Source: an uncultured Gammaproteobacteria bacterium (GTDB lineage Bacteria > Patescibacteriota > Patescibacteriia > SG8-24 > DYFX01). From it: DNA of 64,000 nt. Positions 44,387 to 53,869 of this stretch are shown here, piece after piece (within the stretch, counting starts at the first letter, position 1; each line of letters begins with the position of its first letter). Where the stretch lies: positions 5,172 through 69,171 of the forward strand of contig CAYOJH010000004.1 of the NCBI GenBank assembly GCA_964404275.1, given 5' to 3'. The position numbers and the translations under genes are program-made. The notes under the pieces were generated by a model. That model was not told where the DNA came from, searched no databases, and saw only the letters and a program-made list of their open reading frames with translations.

Positions 44387-45556
44387 TTACTTTCGATTAA
44401 AGCGGACCGTGATGGCGTCGTGATCCGACAGGTTGGTCGTGACCGTGTTGCCTTGCAGGTCCGTCAGCGTGACGGGCTGATCCATCGCCCGCGCGGCGCA
44501 GACCGGCGCGAACGCGTCATTGCCGCGCGTCAGCACGTGATCGATCAGGTACCGGCCGGTCGTCGGCGAGATCAGGTTGTCGTCGCAGCGGCTGCAGGTC
44601 GGCGGTACGGTCTCCGCCGCCGGGCTCGTGAAGCCTTGCGCGGCGATCTCGTTCCAAACCTCCTGGCCGTCCGGCACCATATCGCCGGTATACTTCGGCC
44701 CGTTGTTGAGGTCGCCCAGAAAGAACTGCGGACCTCCGCGCGCCCGTTCAGCCAGGCGCTTGGAGATGAGATCGATCTGGGTTTTCATCTCGTCGTACCA
44801 GGTCGGGAACTGATGGTTGCTGGGCGGGATGATGTCGACGTTGCCGGTCAGGTGCGTGCAGGCGACTTCGACGGGCGTGCCGTGCACGTCGACCGTGGCG
44901 AACAGGCCGACGCGGTTGGCGTCGCTCGACGGCAGCGGGATCCACTCGGCGTTGCTGATCGGCAAGCGCGAAGCGAGGATGACGCCGTTGCGTCCACCGT
45001 ACATGCGCGAAGCGCCGGCGCCGTTGCAGGTCTGCGCGATCGCGTTTGCGCTCAGTCCGGCCGAGGCGATCACGCACTGGAAGCAGTGCGGAGCGTTGAC
45101 GTAGAGCTCGAAGCCTTCGGTCTGGCACTGGTCCTTGGCGCACATCGTCACGTCTTCGTCGGGCACGCCGCCGCATTTGCTGCGCATGCACGCGAGCCCG
45201 TTATCGAGCTCGCCGGACAGGCAGCGGTCGGCCGGATCTTCGTTCTGGCCGCGCGTGTCGCCCGTCACGATCTGATCCGCCGGCAGGTTGAGCGCCGCCA
45301 GGACCGCGTCGTGATCGACATCGAGCCAGGTCTCGTCGAGACACAGGATGTCCCACGGCGCGGCCGCGACCGCCTGAGCGACGAGCGGAATGCGCGGCGT
45401 GGGATACTTCACGTCCAGTCCCGGACCGAGGCCCGTGTTGAAGGTGAGCGCGGTCAACGCCGCGGCAGGCGGATTCGCCGGGCAGACCGGGATCGTGACC
45501 GGATCCGACGAGCAGGCCCAGAAAACAGGGAGAAAAAAGAGCAACCGGGTTCGCAT
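44387..45556 (-). CDS. secreted endonuclease/exonuclease/phosphatase (EEP) family protein, Cys-rich
   Basis: signal peptide; EEP terminal motif SDHDAITVRF; LCLDETW N-terminal motif. Confidence 0.65.
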   Translation of the reverse strand: MRTRLLFFLPVFWACSSDPVTIPVCPANPPAAALTALTFNTGLGPGLDVKYPTPRIPLVAQAVAAAPWDILCLDETWLDVDHDAVLAALNLPADQIVTGDTRGQNEDPADRCLSGELDNGLACMRSKCGGVPDEDVTMCAKDQCQTEGFELYVNAPHCFQCVIASAGLSANAIAQTCNGAGASRMYGGRNGVILASRLPISNAEWIPLPSSDANRVGLFATVDVHGTPVEVACTHLTGNVDIIPPSNHQFPTWYDEMKTQIDLISKRLAERARGGPQFFLGDLNNGPKYTGDMVPDGQEVWNEIAAQGFTSPAAETVPPTCSRCDDNLISPTTGRYLIDHVLTRGNDAFAPVCAARAMDQPVTLTDLQGNTVTTNLSDHDAITVRFNRK

Positions 45557-45731
45557 ACATCCCCCTTTTGCATCGAAAACATGCGGGTAATGCTCATTGT
45601 ACCTGCCGCGCTACCTGGGGTAAAAGTATCAGGTACTTGAATAAAAGTGTCAGGCACTTGACACATTTTAGCGGCTTTTGCTAGGACCAGCGCGCTGGCA
45701 ATTTCGCCAGTGTTCTTTCCAGGAGCGTCAC

Positions 45732-46487
45732 GTGAAGAAACCGCCTTGTCCCGATCCGTTCATCCAGCTCTTTCTCTCCGCCATCGTGCTCGCCTGCTTC
45801 GCGATCATGCTGTCTTTCCTCGGCGGCTGCGCCGAAGAAGACGGAGCGCTGCCGCAGGAGCGCAGCGAAACCGAACTCGTGCCCGACCAAGACGTCTCGA
45901 GCGCGCGCACGATCGAATTCGCGGCGAGCGCCGGCTTCGACCGCGCCAAGGCCCGAAGCTATGTCGAACGCTACGCCAAGAGTCCGAACCCGAATCTCGC
46001 CTACTGCGCGCAGTGGGCGCATGAGGGCGCGCGCGTCTACAAAGAAGCGGCCGACTGCACGAACTTCGCTTCGCAAGTCCTGTGGTATGCCGGAGTATCG
46101 ATGCGCTACGGTTCGGCCGAAGACGGCTGGTGGTACGCGAAAAGCTGCGGCGATTCCGGCAGCAGCAAAAGCTGGCGTCAGGTCAATCGCCTGCTCGAGT
46201 ATCTCGTGGTCGAAAGCGGCCTCGGCGAGTTCAAGAAAAGCGAGCGCGATCTCAAAGTCGGCGACCTGATCTTCTACCGCCTGCGCCGCGAGGATGAAAG
46301 CTATCGCTGCGACGCCGAGAATCTCTTCAATCACACGGCGGTCGTGTCGGGATTCGATGCGCGCGGAGAACCGCTCGTCTCCTATCATTCGAACGACGCG
46401 CTCGACGTGCCTTGGGACGCGAAGAACGGCACGATGAAAGCGCTCGGCGAAGCCTGCGCGACCGCCTTCGTGCATATCAAGGACTGA
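45732..46487 (+). CDS. lipoprotein with putative amidase/CHAP-like cysteine hydrolase domain
   Basis: GTG start after AGGAGCG; lipobox FLGGC; candidate nucleophile in CTNFASQVLWYAG. Confidence 0.45.
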   Translation: MKKPPCPDPFIQLFLSAIVLACFAIMLSFLGGCAEEDGALPQERSETELVPDQDVSSARTIEFAASAGFDRAKARSYVERYAKSPNPNLAYCAQWAHEGARVYKEAADCTNFASQVLWYAGVSMRYGSAEDGWWYAKSCGDSGSSKSWRQVNRLLEYLVVESGLGEFKKSERDLKVGDLIFYRLRREDESYRCDAENLFNHTAVVSGFDARGEPLVSYHSNDALDVPWDAKNGTMKALGEACATAFVHIKD

Positions 46488-46562
46488 CCGGTTCGGCCTG
46501 CGGGCCGGTCAGTCCTCCTTTATTGACAGCCTCACGCAAGACTTGCTACAGCTATGCCCACT

Positions 46563-46733
46563 ATGAAACACCTCCGCTTGATCATCGCGCTGTCCGTGGC
46601 GCTGCTCGTCGCCGTCGGCGTTTTCGCCTATGTCGCGTATGGGAAAAACCTGGTCGCTCAAGGCGTCTCGACGGATCTTCGTCCCGGACAGCCCTGCGAT
46701 CGCACCTCCCCGAACCCCTGCCCCGCGCCTTGA
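46563..46733 (+). CDS. possible small single-TM protein (56 aa)
   Basis: MKHLRLIIALSVALLVAVGVFAYVAYG... Confidence 0.25.
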   Translation: MKHLRLIIALSVALLVAVGVFAYVAYGKNLVAQGVSTDLRPGQPCDRTSPNPCPAP

Positions 46734-46776
46734 CCAAGGCGCGGTTTTCGTGATAGAAGTTGGGCAGGAGGCATGA

Positions 46777-47445
46777 ATGGTCGCTGAACACGCTGCTGCC
46801 CAGACTTCTCTTTCGAAACACATCTTCAGTTGGATCGAAGGCTGCGGGCGCGCGATCGCTCGCTGTGAAAATCGCGCGCAGCGCCTGGAAGCCTTCTGGA
46901 ACGGCCTGCTCGACTACGTGACGCCGCTCGAGCCGTCCACGCGCGACGAACTGCGCCGCGAAAAGATCGGCTTGCCATGGGACGGGCGTCTGGAGATCTC
47001 GCTCTACTGGCGCATCATGTATGCCGCACTGGCGGAAGCGCGCCGAACGGCGGACGCGCTCGACGTGCCCGCCTGGCGAAACGCCGCAAGCGCGCGATTG
47101 CTCGCCGAAGCGCCGTTCAGGGCTGCCGGCCGATTCTTCTTCCAGGACGAGCTTTCGTCCGGCGTGTATGAAGACGTCGTCCGACGCGCCCAGAAGGAAA
47201 TCCGTCTGCGCAGCGGCGGGCTGGTCTCGCCGGAGCCGCTCGAGCTCGGCAGCATCGTCCGCACGTTCACGAAGGGCGCGATCCTCGAGGCCTATGGTTT
47301 CGACGGCCGACTGCTGCTCGATCGGGAAACCGAACCGGCCGGCAGTCCGCTGGAATGGACTTGCCTGGCCGGCCGGCGCGGCCCGCTCAAGGCCGGCCGC
47401 TGGCAAGCCTGGGCCGAGCCCAAGGACGTAACGCCGATGCGATGA
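46777..47445 (+). CDS. hypothetical protein
   Basis: ORF only. Confidence 0.45.
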   Translation: MVAEHAAAQTSLSKHIFSWIEGCGRAIARCENRAQRLEAFWNGLLDYVTPLEPSTRDELRREKIGLPWDGRLEISLYWRIMYAALAEARRTADALDVPAWRNAASARLLAEAPFRAAGRFFFQDELSSGVYEDVVRRAQKEIRLRSGGLVSPEPLELGSIVRTFTKGAILEAYGFDGRLLLDRETEPAGSPLEWTCLAGRRGPLKAGRWQAWAEPKDVTPMR

Positions 47446-47474
47446 CCGTTTCCCTTGCGGAAGCGGTTTTTTTC

Positions 47475-47530
47475 TGCCTCCCCTTTGCTAAAGGGGAGGT
47501 GCCCGCAGGGCGGAGGGGTTGTGGCCGCGA
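47475..47530. repeat. partial third copy of the ~100-bp element (second hairpin + GGCGGAGGGGTTGTGGCCGCG tail)
   Basis: TGCCTCCCCTTTGCTAAAGGGGAGGTGCCCGCAGGGCGGAGGGGTTGTGGCCGCG. Confidence 0.8.
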
Positions 47531-47587
47531 TTCTTGACGCACCCGGGTCCCCGCGTTAAGGTGGCCTCTTATCCCGAACGACCAGCA

Positions 47588-48733
47588 ATGGCCCTGACGG
47601 AACGGCAACAGGCGCTCGAACAGCTTCGGCACACCGAACGCCCCTTGATCGTTTTCCGCAAGGATTGGAATCCGGACGCGGCCGCTTCGGCCGTGGCCCT
47701 GGCCGCCGGCCTCGAGAGCCTCGGCAAGAAGTGCGAGATCGTCTGCGACGGTTTCGCGGCGCCCGAACACCTGAAGTTCCTGCCGCAGCTCGGCCGCATC
47801 CGCGCCGAAATGGCCGGACTCCGGACCTTCGTGATTTCCGTCGACACGCAGAAGAGCCGCATCGGCGAATTGTCGTACGAGGCCAAGGACGGTTTCCTGC
47901 ACATCTATCTCACGCCGAAAAACGGCAGCCTCGAAGCGGAACACGTGAAGACGAGCGCCACCGATTATCGCCATGACCTGATCATCACGATCGACACGCC
48001 GGACCTGCCGTCGCTCGGCGCCGTGCGCGACGTGGCCGCGGATTTTTTCTTCCGCACGCCGATCCTGAACATCGACCACTCCTCCGCCAACGAGCGTTAC
48101 GGCCAGATCAACAGCGTCGATGCGACCGCCGCCTCGACGAGCGAGCTGGTCTACGGCTTGCTCCGCGAGCTCGAGCGCCCGATCGACGCCGAACTGGCGA
48201 CCGCGCTTCTGACCGGCATCGTTTCCAAAACGCGCAGCTTCAAATCCGGCGCGATCACGCCGCAGACGCTCGACGTCGCCTCGGATCTCGTGGCCGCCGG
48301 CGCCAAACGCGACCTGATCGTCTCGAGCCTCTATCGCACCAAAACGATTCCCGTCCTGCGCCTGTGGGGCCGCGCGCTCGCGCGCCTCAAGTTCGATCCG
48401 ACGCTGAAGCTCGTCTCGTCGGTGCTCACGCGCCAGGACTTCACGCTGGCCGGCGCGGGCGAAGCCGCCCTGCCAGACGTGATCGACGAGCTGATCCTCT
48501 CTTCGCCCGACGCGGAAACCGTCGTCTTGATCCACGAGCGCGAAGGCGGCGAGATCTGCTGCCTGATCCGCAGCGAAGCGCGGCGCGACGCCGACAAGCT
48601 CGCCTCCCGCTGGAACGGCGAAGGCGGCCACACCCAAGCGCGCTGCTTCCTGAAAGGCAAAACGCCAGGCGACGCCGAACAAGAAATCCTGGCGCATCTC
48701 CGATCGGAAATGCAAAAAACGCGAGCCCTGTGA
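47588..48733 (+). CDS. DHH-family (NrnA-like) paralog with degenerate catalytic motifs (DHS instead of DHH; DxD lost)
   Basis: overall NrnA-like architecture; motif NIDHSSANE and NPDAAAS at positions of DHH/DxD. Confidence 0.6.
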   Translation: MALTERQQALEQLRHTERPLIVFRKDWNPDAAASAVALAAGLESLGKKCEIVCDGFAAPEHLKFLPQLGRIRAEMAGLRTFVISVDTQKSRIGELSYEAKDGFLHIYLTPKNGSLEAEHVKTSATDYRHDLIITIDTPDLPSLGAVRDVAADFFFRTPILNIDHSSANERYGQINSVDATAASTSELVYGLLRELERPIDAELATALLTGIVSKTRSFKSGAITPQTLDVASDLVAAGAKRDLIVSSLYRTKTIPVLRLWGRALARLKFDPTLKLVSSVLTRQDFTLAGAGEAALPDVIDELILSSPDAETVVLIHEREGGEICCLIRSEARRDADKLASRWNGEGGHTQARCFLKGKTPGDAEQEILAHLRSEMQKTRAL

Positions 48734-48749
48734 GGCTCGCGTTTTCTTT

Positions 48750-49649
48750 TTATTCCGCCGTATCGATCGGCCGGACGATCCGCAACTCGTGGCTCTTGGT
48801 GTATTCGCCGCTCGCGGCAGTGCCGACCGCGTAGACGGTCCAGGCCTGAAAGCCTTTGGCGATCGGCAGCGTCCAGGTTTGTACGCCGTGGTCCGTCGAG
48901 GCGAGCGTCGCTTGTCCGATCGGGAACGGCGCTTCATCCGGATTCTGCGGGTAGCTCGTGGCCATGAACGCCACGCTCGCGAGACCGCGGCCTTTCACCA
49001 GGAAGACGGAGTTCGGATAATAATTGTAGGTATTGTATTCCCATTTCGAAGGCGTGACGTCGAGCAGGTCGATTTCCGCTTGCGCTTCCCAGTCTTGCGG
49101 CGAAGCGGACGCGATCTGTCCGGTCTGGACCGTCACGACGATCGGCGAGTGATCCTTGCAGGAGGCTTGCGCGCCGCAACGCACGTACTCCGACCAATAC
49201 GCGCGCTTGCCGCTCTCGTCGCCGACGCGCACGGCATAGACCCAATAGTCGCCGGGTTTGGCGGCGATGGCGTAGTCCGTGGTTCCGCCGGTCGTCTGCT
49301 GGCAGAACTCCTGATCGATATCTTTCAGACTGATGGCGCAGACGCGTTCGGCCGGAACGTTGGCGCCCGAAGGCGCCGAGAGCTTGCCCGAGATCGTGCC
49401 GGTTTGGGCGCTGCCGGCCACGCAGGCGATCTGCGTGCAATTCCAACCGCTCGCCCCGCAAGCGCAGACGTTGCAGCCGTCGTCAGCCGAACGCTGCTCG
49501 CCGGACTGGTACGTGCGGCCGTTGTAATCGCACGTCAGCACGCCGGCCTCCACATGGACGCCGCGCGCGGCCATGATCGCTTCTTTGACGGGACGATACC
49601 CGAGGAAGGCGACCAGGGCGAACAAGATGATCAGGAGATATTTGCGCAT
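48750..49649 (-). CDS. secreted Cys-rich hypothetical protein
   Basis: signal peptide MRKYLLIILFALVAFLG. Confidence 0.5.
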   Translation of the reverse strand: MRKYLLIILFALVAFLGYRPVKEAIMAARGVHVEAGVLTCDYNGRTYQSGEQRSADDGCNVCACGASGWNCTQIACVAGSAQTGTISGKLSAPSGANVPAERVCAISLKDIDQEFCQQTTGGTTDYAIAAKPGDYWVYAVRVGDESGKRAYWSEYVRCGAQASCKDHSPIVVTVQTGQIASASPQDWEAQAEIDLLDVTPSKWEYNTYNYYPNSVFLVKGRGLASVAFMATSYPQNPDEAPFPIGQATLASTDHGVQTWTLPIAKGFQAWTVYAVGTAASGEYTKSHELRIVRPIDTAE

Positions 49650-49671
49650 GACGTGTTTCGACTATTCTATC

Positions 49672-50823
49672 TCATTCGCGCGCGGCGCGGAAAACGGCCG
49701 AAGCGACGGCGGCCGTCGCGCGCGTATCGAGCGCGTCGGGAATGATGCGATCCGCCGTCGGCGCGGCGATCAGCGCGGCGAGCGCTTCGGCGGCGGCGAG
49801 CTTCATCTTCTCGGTGATCTTCACGGCCTTCGCGTCAAAGACGCCGCGGAAGACGCCGGGAAATGCCAGCAGGTTGTTGATCTGGTTCGGAAAATCGGAG
49901 CGTCCGGTCGCGACGACGGTCGCGCCGCCGGCTTTCGCTTCGTCCGGCATGATTTCCGGCGTCGGATTGGCCATGGCGAAGACGATCGAGCCCTTTTCCA
50001 TGGACGCCACCATCTCACGCGTGACGATCCCGCCCTTGGAAAGTCCGATGAAGACGTCGGCGCCGCGAAGGGCGTCGGACAGCGCGCCGGAAAGGCCTCG
50101 CGGGTTGGACCACTCGAGCAGCGCTCGCTTGGATGCGTCGAGGTCGGTCCTCTCGGGGCCGATCACGCCCTTCGAATCGCAGAGCGTGACGTCCTTCGCG
50201 CCATGCGCATGCAGCAGCTTGGCGACGGCGATGCCGGCCGCGCCCGCGCCCGAAAAAACGATCTTGGCGGAAGCGAGATCGCGCGACGTCGCCTTGCAGG
50301 CGTTGATCAATCCCGCCAAGACGACGATGGCCGTGCCGTGCTGGTCGTCATGAAAGACCGGGATGTCGAGCTCTTCGGTCAGGCGGCGCTCGATCTCGAA
50401 ACAACGCGGCGCGGAAATATCTTCCAAGTTGATCCCGCCAAAGCCTGGCGCGATCCTTTTGACCGTCTCGACGATCTCATCGACCTCTTTGGTCGCGAGC
50501 GCGATCGGAAAAGCGTTCAGGCCCGCGAATTCCTTGAACAGGATCGCCTTGCCTTCCATGACGGGCAGCGCGGCCAGCGGACCGATGTCGCCGAGACCGA
50601 GCACGGCCGTGCCGTCCGTCACGACGGCGACCGTGCGCCCTTTGACGGTGAGTTTCTTGGCGAGTGTTGGATCTTTCGCGATGGCCAAGCACGGCGCGGC
50701 CACGCCCGGCGTGTAGATCGTCGAAAGCGTTTCGCGATCCGAAACCGGCACGACGCTCACGACATCGAGCTTGCCTTGGTATTTTTCGTGCAATTCAAGC
50801 GAAGCGCTGTTGTAGTCTTTCAT
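49672..50823 (-). CDS. NAD(P)-dependent malic enzyme (short MaeB-type, no PTA domain)
   Basis: malic enzyme motifs VVTDGTAVLGLGDIG, Rossmann FSGAGAAGIA. Confidence 0.85.
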   Translation of the reverse strand: MKDYNSASLELHEKYQGKLDVVSVVPVSDRETLSTIYTPGVAAPCLAIAKDPTLAKKLTVKGRTVAVVTDGTAVLGLGDIGPLAALPVMEGKAILFKEFAGLNAFPIALATKEVDEIVETVKRIAPGFGGINLEDISAPRCFEIERRLTEELDIPVFHDDQHGTAIVVLAGLINACKATSRDLASAKIVFSGAGAAGIAVAKLLHAHGAKDVTLCDSKGVIGPERTDLDASKRALLEWSNPRGLSGALSDALRGADVFIGLSKGGIVTREMVASMEKGSIVFAMANPTPEIMPDEAKAGGATVVATGRSDFPNQINNLLAFPGVFRGVFDAKAVKITEKMKLAAAEALAALIAAPTADRIIPDALDTRATAAVASAVFRAARE

Positions 50824-51275
50824 GTCCGTGAAAGCTTGATGATAGCATCGAATTCGTTCTGCGTCACCGGCTGGACCGACAGACGCGAGCCGCGCTCCAA
50901 GAGCACCATGTCCTTCAACGCTTTGATGCCGCGAAGTTCTTCGAGAGAAAGCGGGCGCGGGAATTTTTTGACGAAACCGACGTCGACGCAAAACCAGATC
51001 GGTTTTTCTTTCGCGGCTTTGGGATCGAAGTACGAACTCTTCTTATCGAACTGCGTCGCGTCCGGATGCGCGGCCGCGACGATCTTGCCGAGGCCGACGA
51101 TGCCGGCCGGGTTGACGCTCGAGTGATGAAAGAGCATCAGATCGCCGACCCGCATCTCTTTCATGAAATTGCGCGCCTGATAATTGCGCACGCCGCTCCA
51201 GGCATCCTTCTTCAGGCGCTTGAGATCGTCGATCGAGAAACTTTCCGGTTCGGATTTCATCAGCCAATGGCGCAT
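50820..51275 (-). CDS. EVE-domain (PUA-like) protein
   Basis: MKSEPESFSIDDL...WSGVRNYQARN typical EVE N-terminus; ATGA overlap with malic enzyme gene. Confidence 0.7.
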   Translation of the reverse strand: MRHWLMKSEPESFSIDDLKRLKKDAWSGVRNYQARNFMKEMRVGDLMLFHHSSVNPAGIVGLGKIVAAAHPDATQFDKKSSYFDPKAAKEKPIWFCVDVGFVKKFPRPLSLEELRGIKALKDMVLLERGSRLSVQPVTQNEFDAIIKLSRT

Positions 51276-51323
51276 ATGAAAGCAGTATGGTAGATTCGTG
51301 CCGCTCGTGCAAAGGGGGAACGC

Positions 51324-51908
51324 ATGAAGTCCGCGCTCATTCCGCTTATCTGTCTCGCTCTCGCTTCCGAAACGGCCCACGCCGACGACGGCACGGGCAC
51401 GGTCAAGCTGGCCTCCCAGAACGATTTCGGATTCAATCTCGATTCCGATTCGCATTGGAGCCAGCGCTTCCATAGTCGCGTCTTCCTCAACGAGGCCGGC
51501 CGGGACAACACCTTCCTGATTGATTACGGTCTGACCTGGAAGCCGAGCCGTCGCTACAGCCTCGACCTGACGGCCGGTTACGAATACTCCGACGACAAGG
51601 ATGCGCATCATTGGCTGGTGGTCGTCACGTCGAAGCATATGCGCTTCTTCGATGACAAGCTGGTCGTCAGCCTGGAAGGCCTCCACCACTACGACGGACG
51701 TTACCGCTATGACGGCTATTACGCCGTCGACTGGTGGGTCGTCGGCGCGCACGCCTGGAACCGCGGCAGCCAAGCCGCCGCCGGCTTCCAGATCGGCTCG
51801 GGTCCCGGTCTCGACCCTTTCCGCTTCGAGATCCGCATCTCGTTCGCGATGACCGGCGGCCTGCCGGACCGGATCGGCTGCTTCGTCATGACCTTCGATC
51901 TCCGCTAG
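51324..51908 (+). CDS. secreted hypothetical protein (beta-rich, aromatic C-terminus)
   Basis: signal peptide MKSALIPLICLALASETAHA. Confidence 0.5.
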   Translation: MKSALIPLICLALASETAHADDGTGTVKLASQNDFGFNLDSDSHWSQRFHSRVFLNEAGRDNTFLIDYGLTWKPSRRYSLDLTAGYEYSDDKDAHHWLVVVTSKHMRFFDDKLVVSLEGLHHYDGRYRYDGYYAVDWWVVGAHAWNRGSQAAAGFQIGSGPGLDPFRFEIRISFAMTGGLPDRIGCFVMTFDLR

Positions 51909-51948
51909 GCGGAGATTTTCTTTACGAAAAAATCCGCAGTGAAGCGGA

Positions 51949-52344
51949 TCATGGCGTGCATTGATTTCCTTCGCTGCCTCCGCCGGTCGAGGTGGCGTAG
52001 GCGATGCGGACGACGGCCGTGCCATCCGTGGCTTCGACCGTGAACGCCGCGGCGAGGCTGAGTCCGAGGTCGCTCCAGGCGATGGCGATCGCGCCGTCTG
52101 GCAGGTCGAGTCGAATCGCTCTGCCCTCGTTGGTCCGAACCGTCGCGGCCTGGACGTCTTCGGACGACGTTTCGATCACCAGGTCGTCGGCATCGGTCCA
52201 GACGCCCACCCAGCCGTGCAGACTTCCGTCCGGCGCACGCAGCAAGGCCGCGCGGTCGCGGCAAGGCGGAGCGCCGCCTCCATGGTGATTGCAGGCGGGG
52301 AGGGGCAAGAGAAGAAGCATGAAAAGAACCAGCCGTACCGTCAC
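51949..52344 (-). CDS. putative lipoprotein
   Basis: lipobox LPLPAC. Confidence 0.45.
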   Translation of the reverse strand: MTVRLVLFMLLLLPLPACNHHGGGAPPCRDRAALLRAPDGSLHGWVGVWTDADDLVIETSSEDVQAATVRTNEGRAIRLDLPDGAIAIAWSDLGLSLAAAFTVEATDGTAVVRIAYATSTGGGSEGNQCTP

Positions 52345-52898
52345 GTTGACTCCTTTGGTTGTGCGTCAGAGATCTCCTTGAACCGGCGTTCGAGGTATTG
52401 CGCGACGGTCAAGCGCGGCATGAGCCGCAGGATCGTGTCGGGCTTCATGCCGATGCACAGGATCGCCCGCACGTCTTCGACGGCCCGTTGCGTCGCAGCT
52501 TTGAGCCGGCCATGCGTCCATTCTTCCAGCAGCTCGCCGGTCCTCGCGAGGATCGCGCCGGAGCGCTGCGCGTACAGCGTGAGCGCATGCGGATCGTCGC
52601 CGGGCCTCTTGGAACGATGCGGTTCCGGCGAGGGCGAAAAGAGCATGAGCGGACCGCCTTGAATCGACGTGCTGAGTCCCACGCGATGCTCGCCCAGATA
52701 GCGCTCGAGATGTTCGAGCAGGATCCGCGCGATGTCGAGCAGGTCCGTCTTGAGCGTTTCCGGCCGAGCGTCCGGCGGCAGGCCGTGCTCGACGAGCGAG
52801 ACGCAGCCGTGCCGTTCCAGCGCCTCGCCCAGGAGCCGATCGATTTCGAGCAGATCGCCTATCAGGCTGACGACGGGAACGTCTTCCGTGGATTCCAT
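52341..52898 (-). CDS. hypothetical protein
   Basis: ORF only; 4-nt overlap with downstream gene. Confidence 0.4.
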   Translation of the reverse strand: MESTEDVPVVSLIGDLLEIDRLLGEALERHGCVSLVEHGLPPDARPETLKTDLLDIARILLEHLERYLGEHRVGLSTSIQGGPLMLFSPSPEPHRSKRPGDDPHALTLYAQRSGAILARTGELLEEWTHGRLKAATQRAVEDVRAILCIGMKPDTILRLMPRLTVAQYLERRFKEISDAQPKEST

Positions 52899-52941
52899 GT
52901 GCTCCCCCAGACCGAGAGGAAACCAGAAAAGCGCGAGCGTG

Positions 52942-53577
52942 TCAACTCCGGCGGCGTTCGCGGATGAGGCCGATCACGGCCGGCAAGAGCGAGACAAGAA
53001 TGATGCTGAGCACGACGATTTCAAAATGCGCTTTGACGGCGGGGATGTTGCCGAAGAAATACCCGGCGAAGACGCAGACGCTCGTCCAAGCGGCCGCGCT
53101 GATCAGGTTGTAGACGGAAAAGACGGCGGCCGGCATGCGTCCGAGGCCGGCCACGAACGGCGCGAAGGTGCGGATGAACGGCATGAAGCGCGCAAGCACG
53201 ATCGTCTTCGCGCCGTAGCGATGATAATACCGCTGCGTCGCGTCGGCGTATTCTTGTTTGACCGGCAGTCCCGCGAACGATCCTTTTTCCAAAATGTGGG
53301 CACCGACCGTGAGACCGATGCGATAGTTCACGGCATCGCCGAGCGCGGCGGCGACGAAAAGCAGCAGCCAGACGACCGCGACGTTCAGGGCGCCGGCGGC
53401 GGCGAAGGCGCCGGCCGCGAAAAGCAGCGAGTCCCCCGGCAGGAACGGCGTGACAACCAGGCCTGTTTCGCAGAACACGACGACGAAAAGCACGGCGTAG
53501 ATCCAGAGCCCGTAGGCGGAAATCGCCCCGCCGAGCGCCGAATCGAGATGTAGAAAGAGGTTCAGAAACGCGTGCAT
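52942..53577 (-). CDS. DedA/SNARE-associated family membrane protein
   Basis: DedA motif VTPFLPGDSLLF. Confidence 0.75.
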   Translation of the reverse strand: MHAFLNLFLHLDSALGGAISAYGLWIYAVLFVVVFCETGLVVTPFLPGDSLLFAAGAFAAAGALNVAVVWLLLFVAAALGDAVNYRIGLTVGAHILEKGSFAGLPVKQEYADATQRYYHRYGAKTIVLARFMPFIRTFAPFVAGLGRMPAAVFSVYNLISAAAWTSVCVFAGYFFGNIPAVKAHFEIVVLSIILVSLLPAVIGLIRERRRS

Positions 53578-53686
53578 ACCGCCCCATGGTAACAGGCTTC
53601 TCCGCGCGGGAACAGGCGTTGACATGCCTCTCGAGAATTGGTATCCTCCCCCCGTTCATCCCGTCGGTATACAATGAACCCTGCCT

Positions 53687-53763
53687 GTCTCCGTAGCTCA
53701 ATTGGATAGAGCAGCGGGCTTCTATCCCGAAGGTTGCAGGTTCGATTCCTGCCGGGGACACCA
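53687..53763 (+). tRNA. tRNA-Arg (anticodon TCT)
   Basis: acceptor GTCTCCG/CGGGGAC, anticodon loop CTTCTAT, T-loop TTCGATT, ACCA end. Confidence 0.8.
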
Positions 53764-53766
53764 GCA

Positions 53767-53842
53767 TGGCGGCCATCGTTCAGTGGTAGGACAGTGGATT
53801 GTGGTTCCACGAATGAGGGTTCGATTCCCTCTGGCCGCCCCA
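53767..53842 (+). tRNA. tRNA-His (anticodon GTG) with encoded G-1
   Basis: G-1 + acceptor GCGGCCA/TGGCCGC, discriminator C, anticodon loop TTGTGGT. Confidence 0.8.
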
Positions 53843-53869
53843 AGAAGACATCTCGCAAGAGATGTTTTC

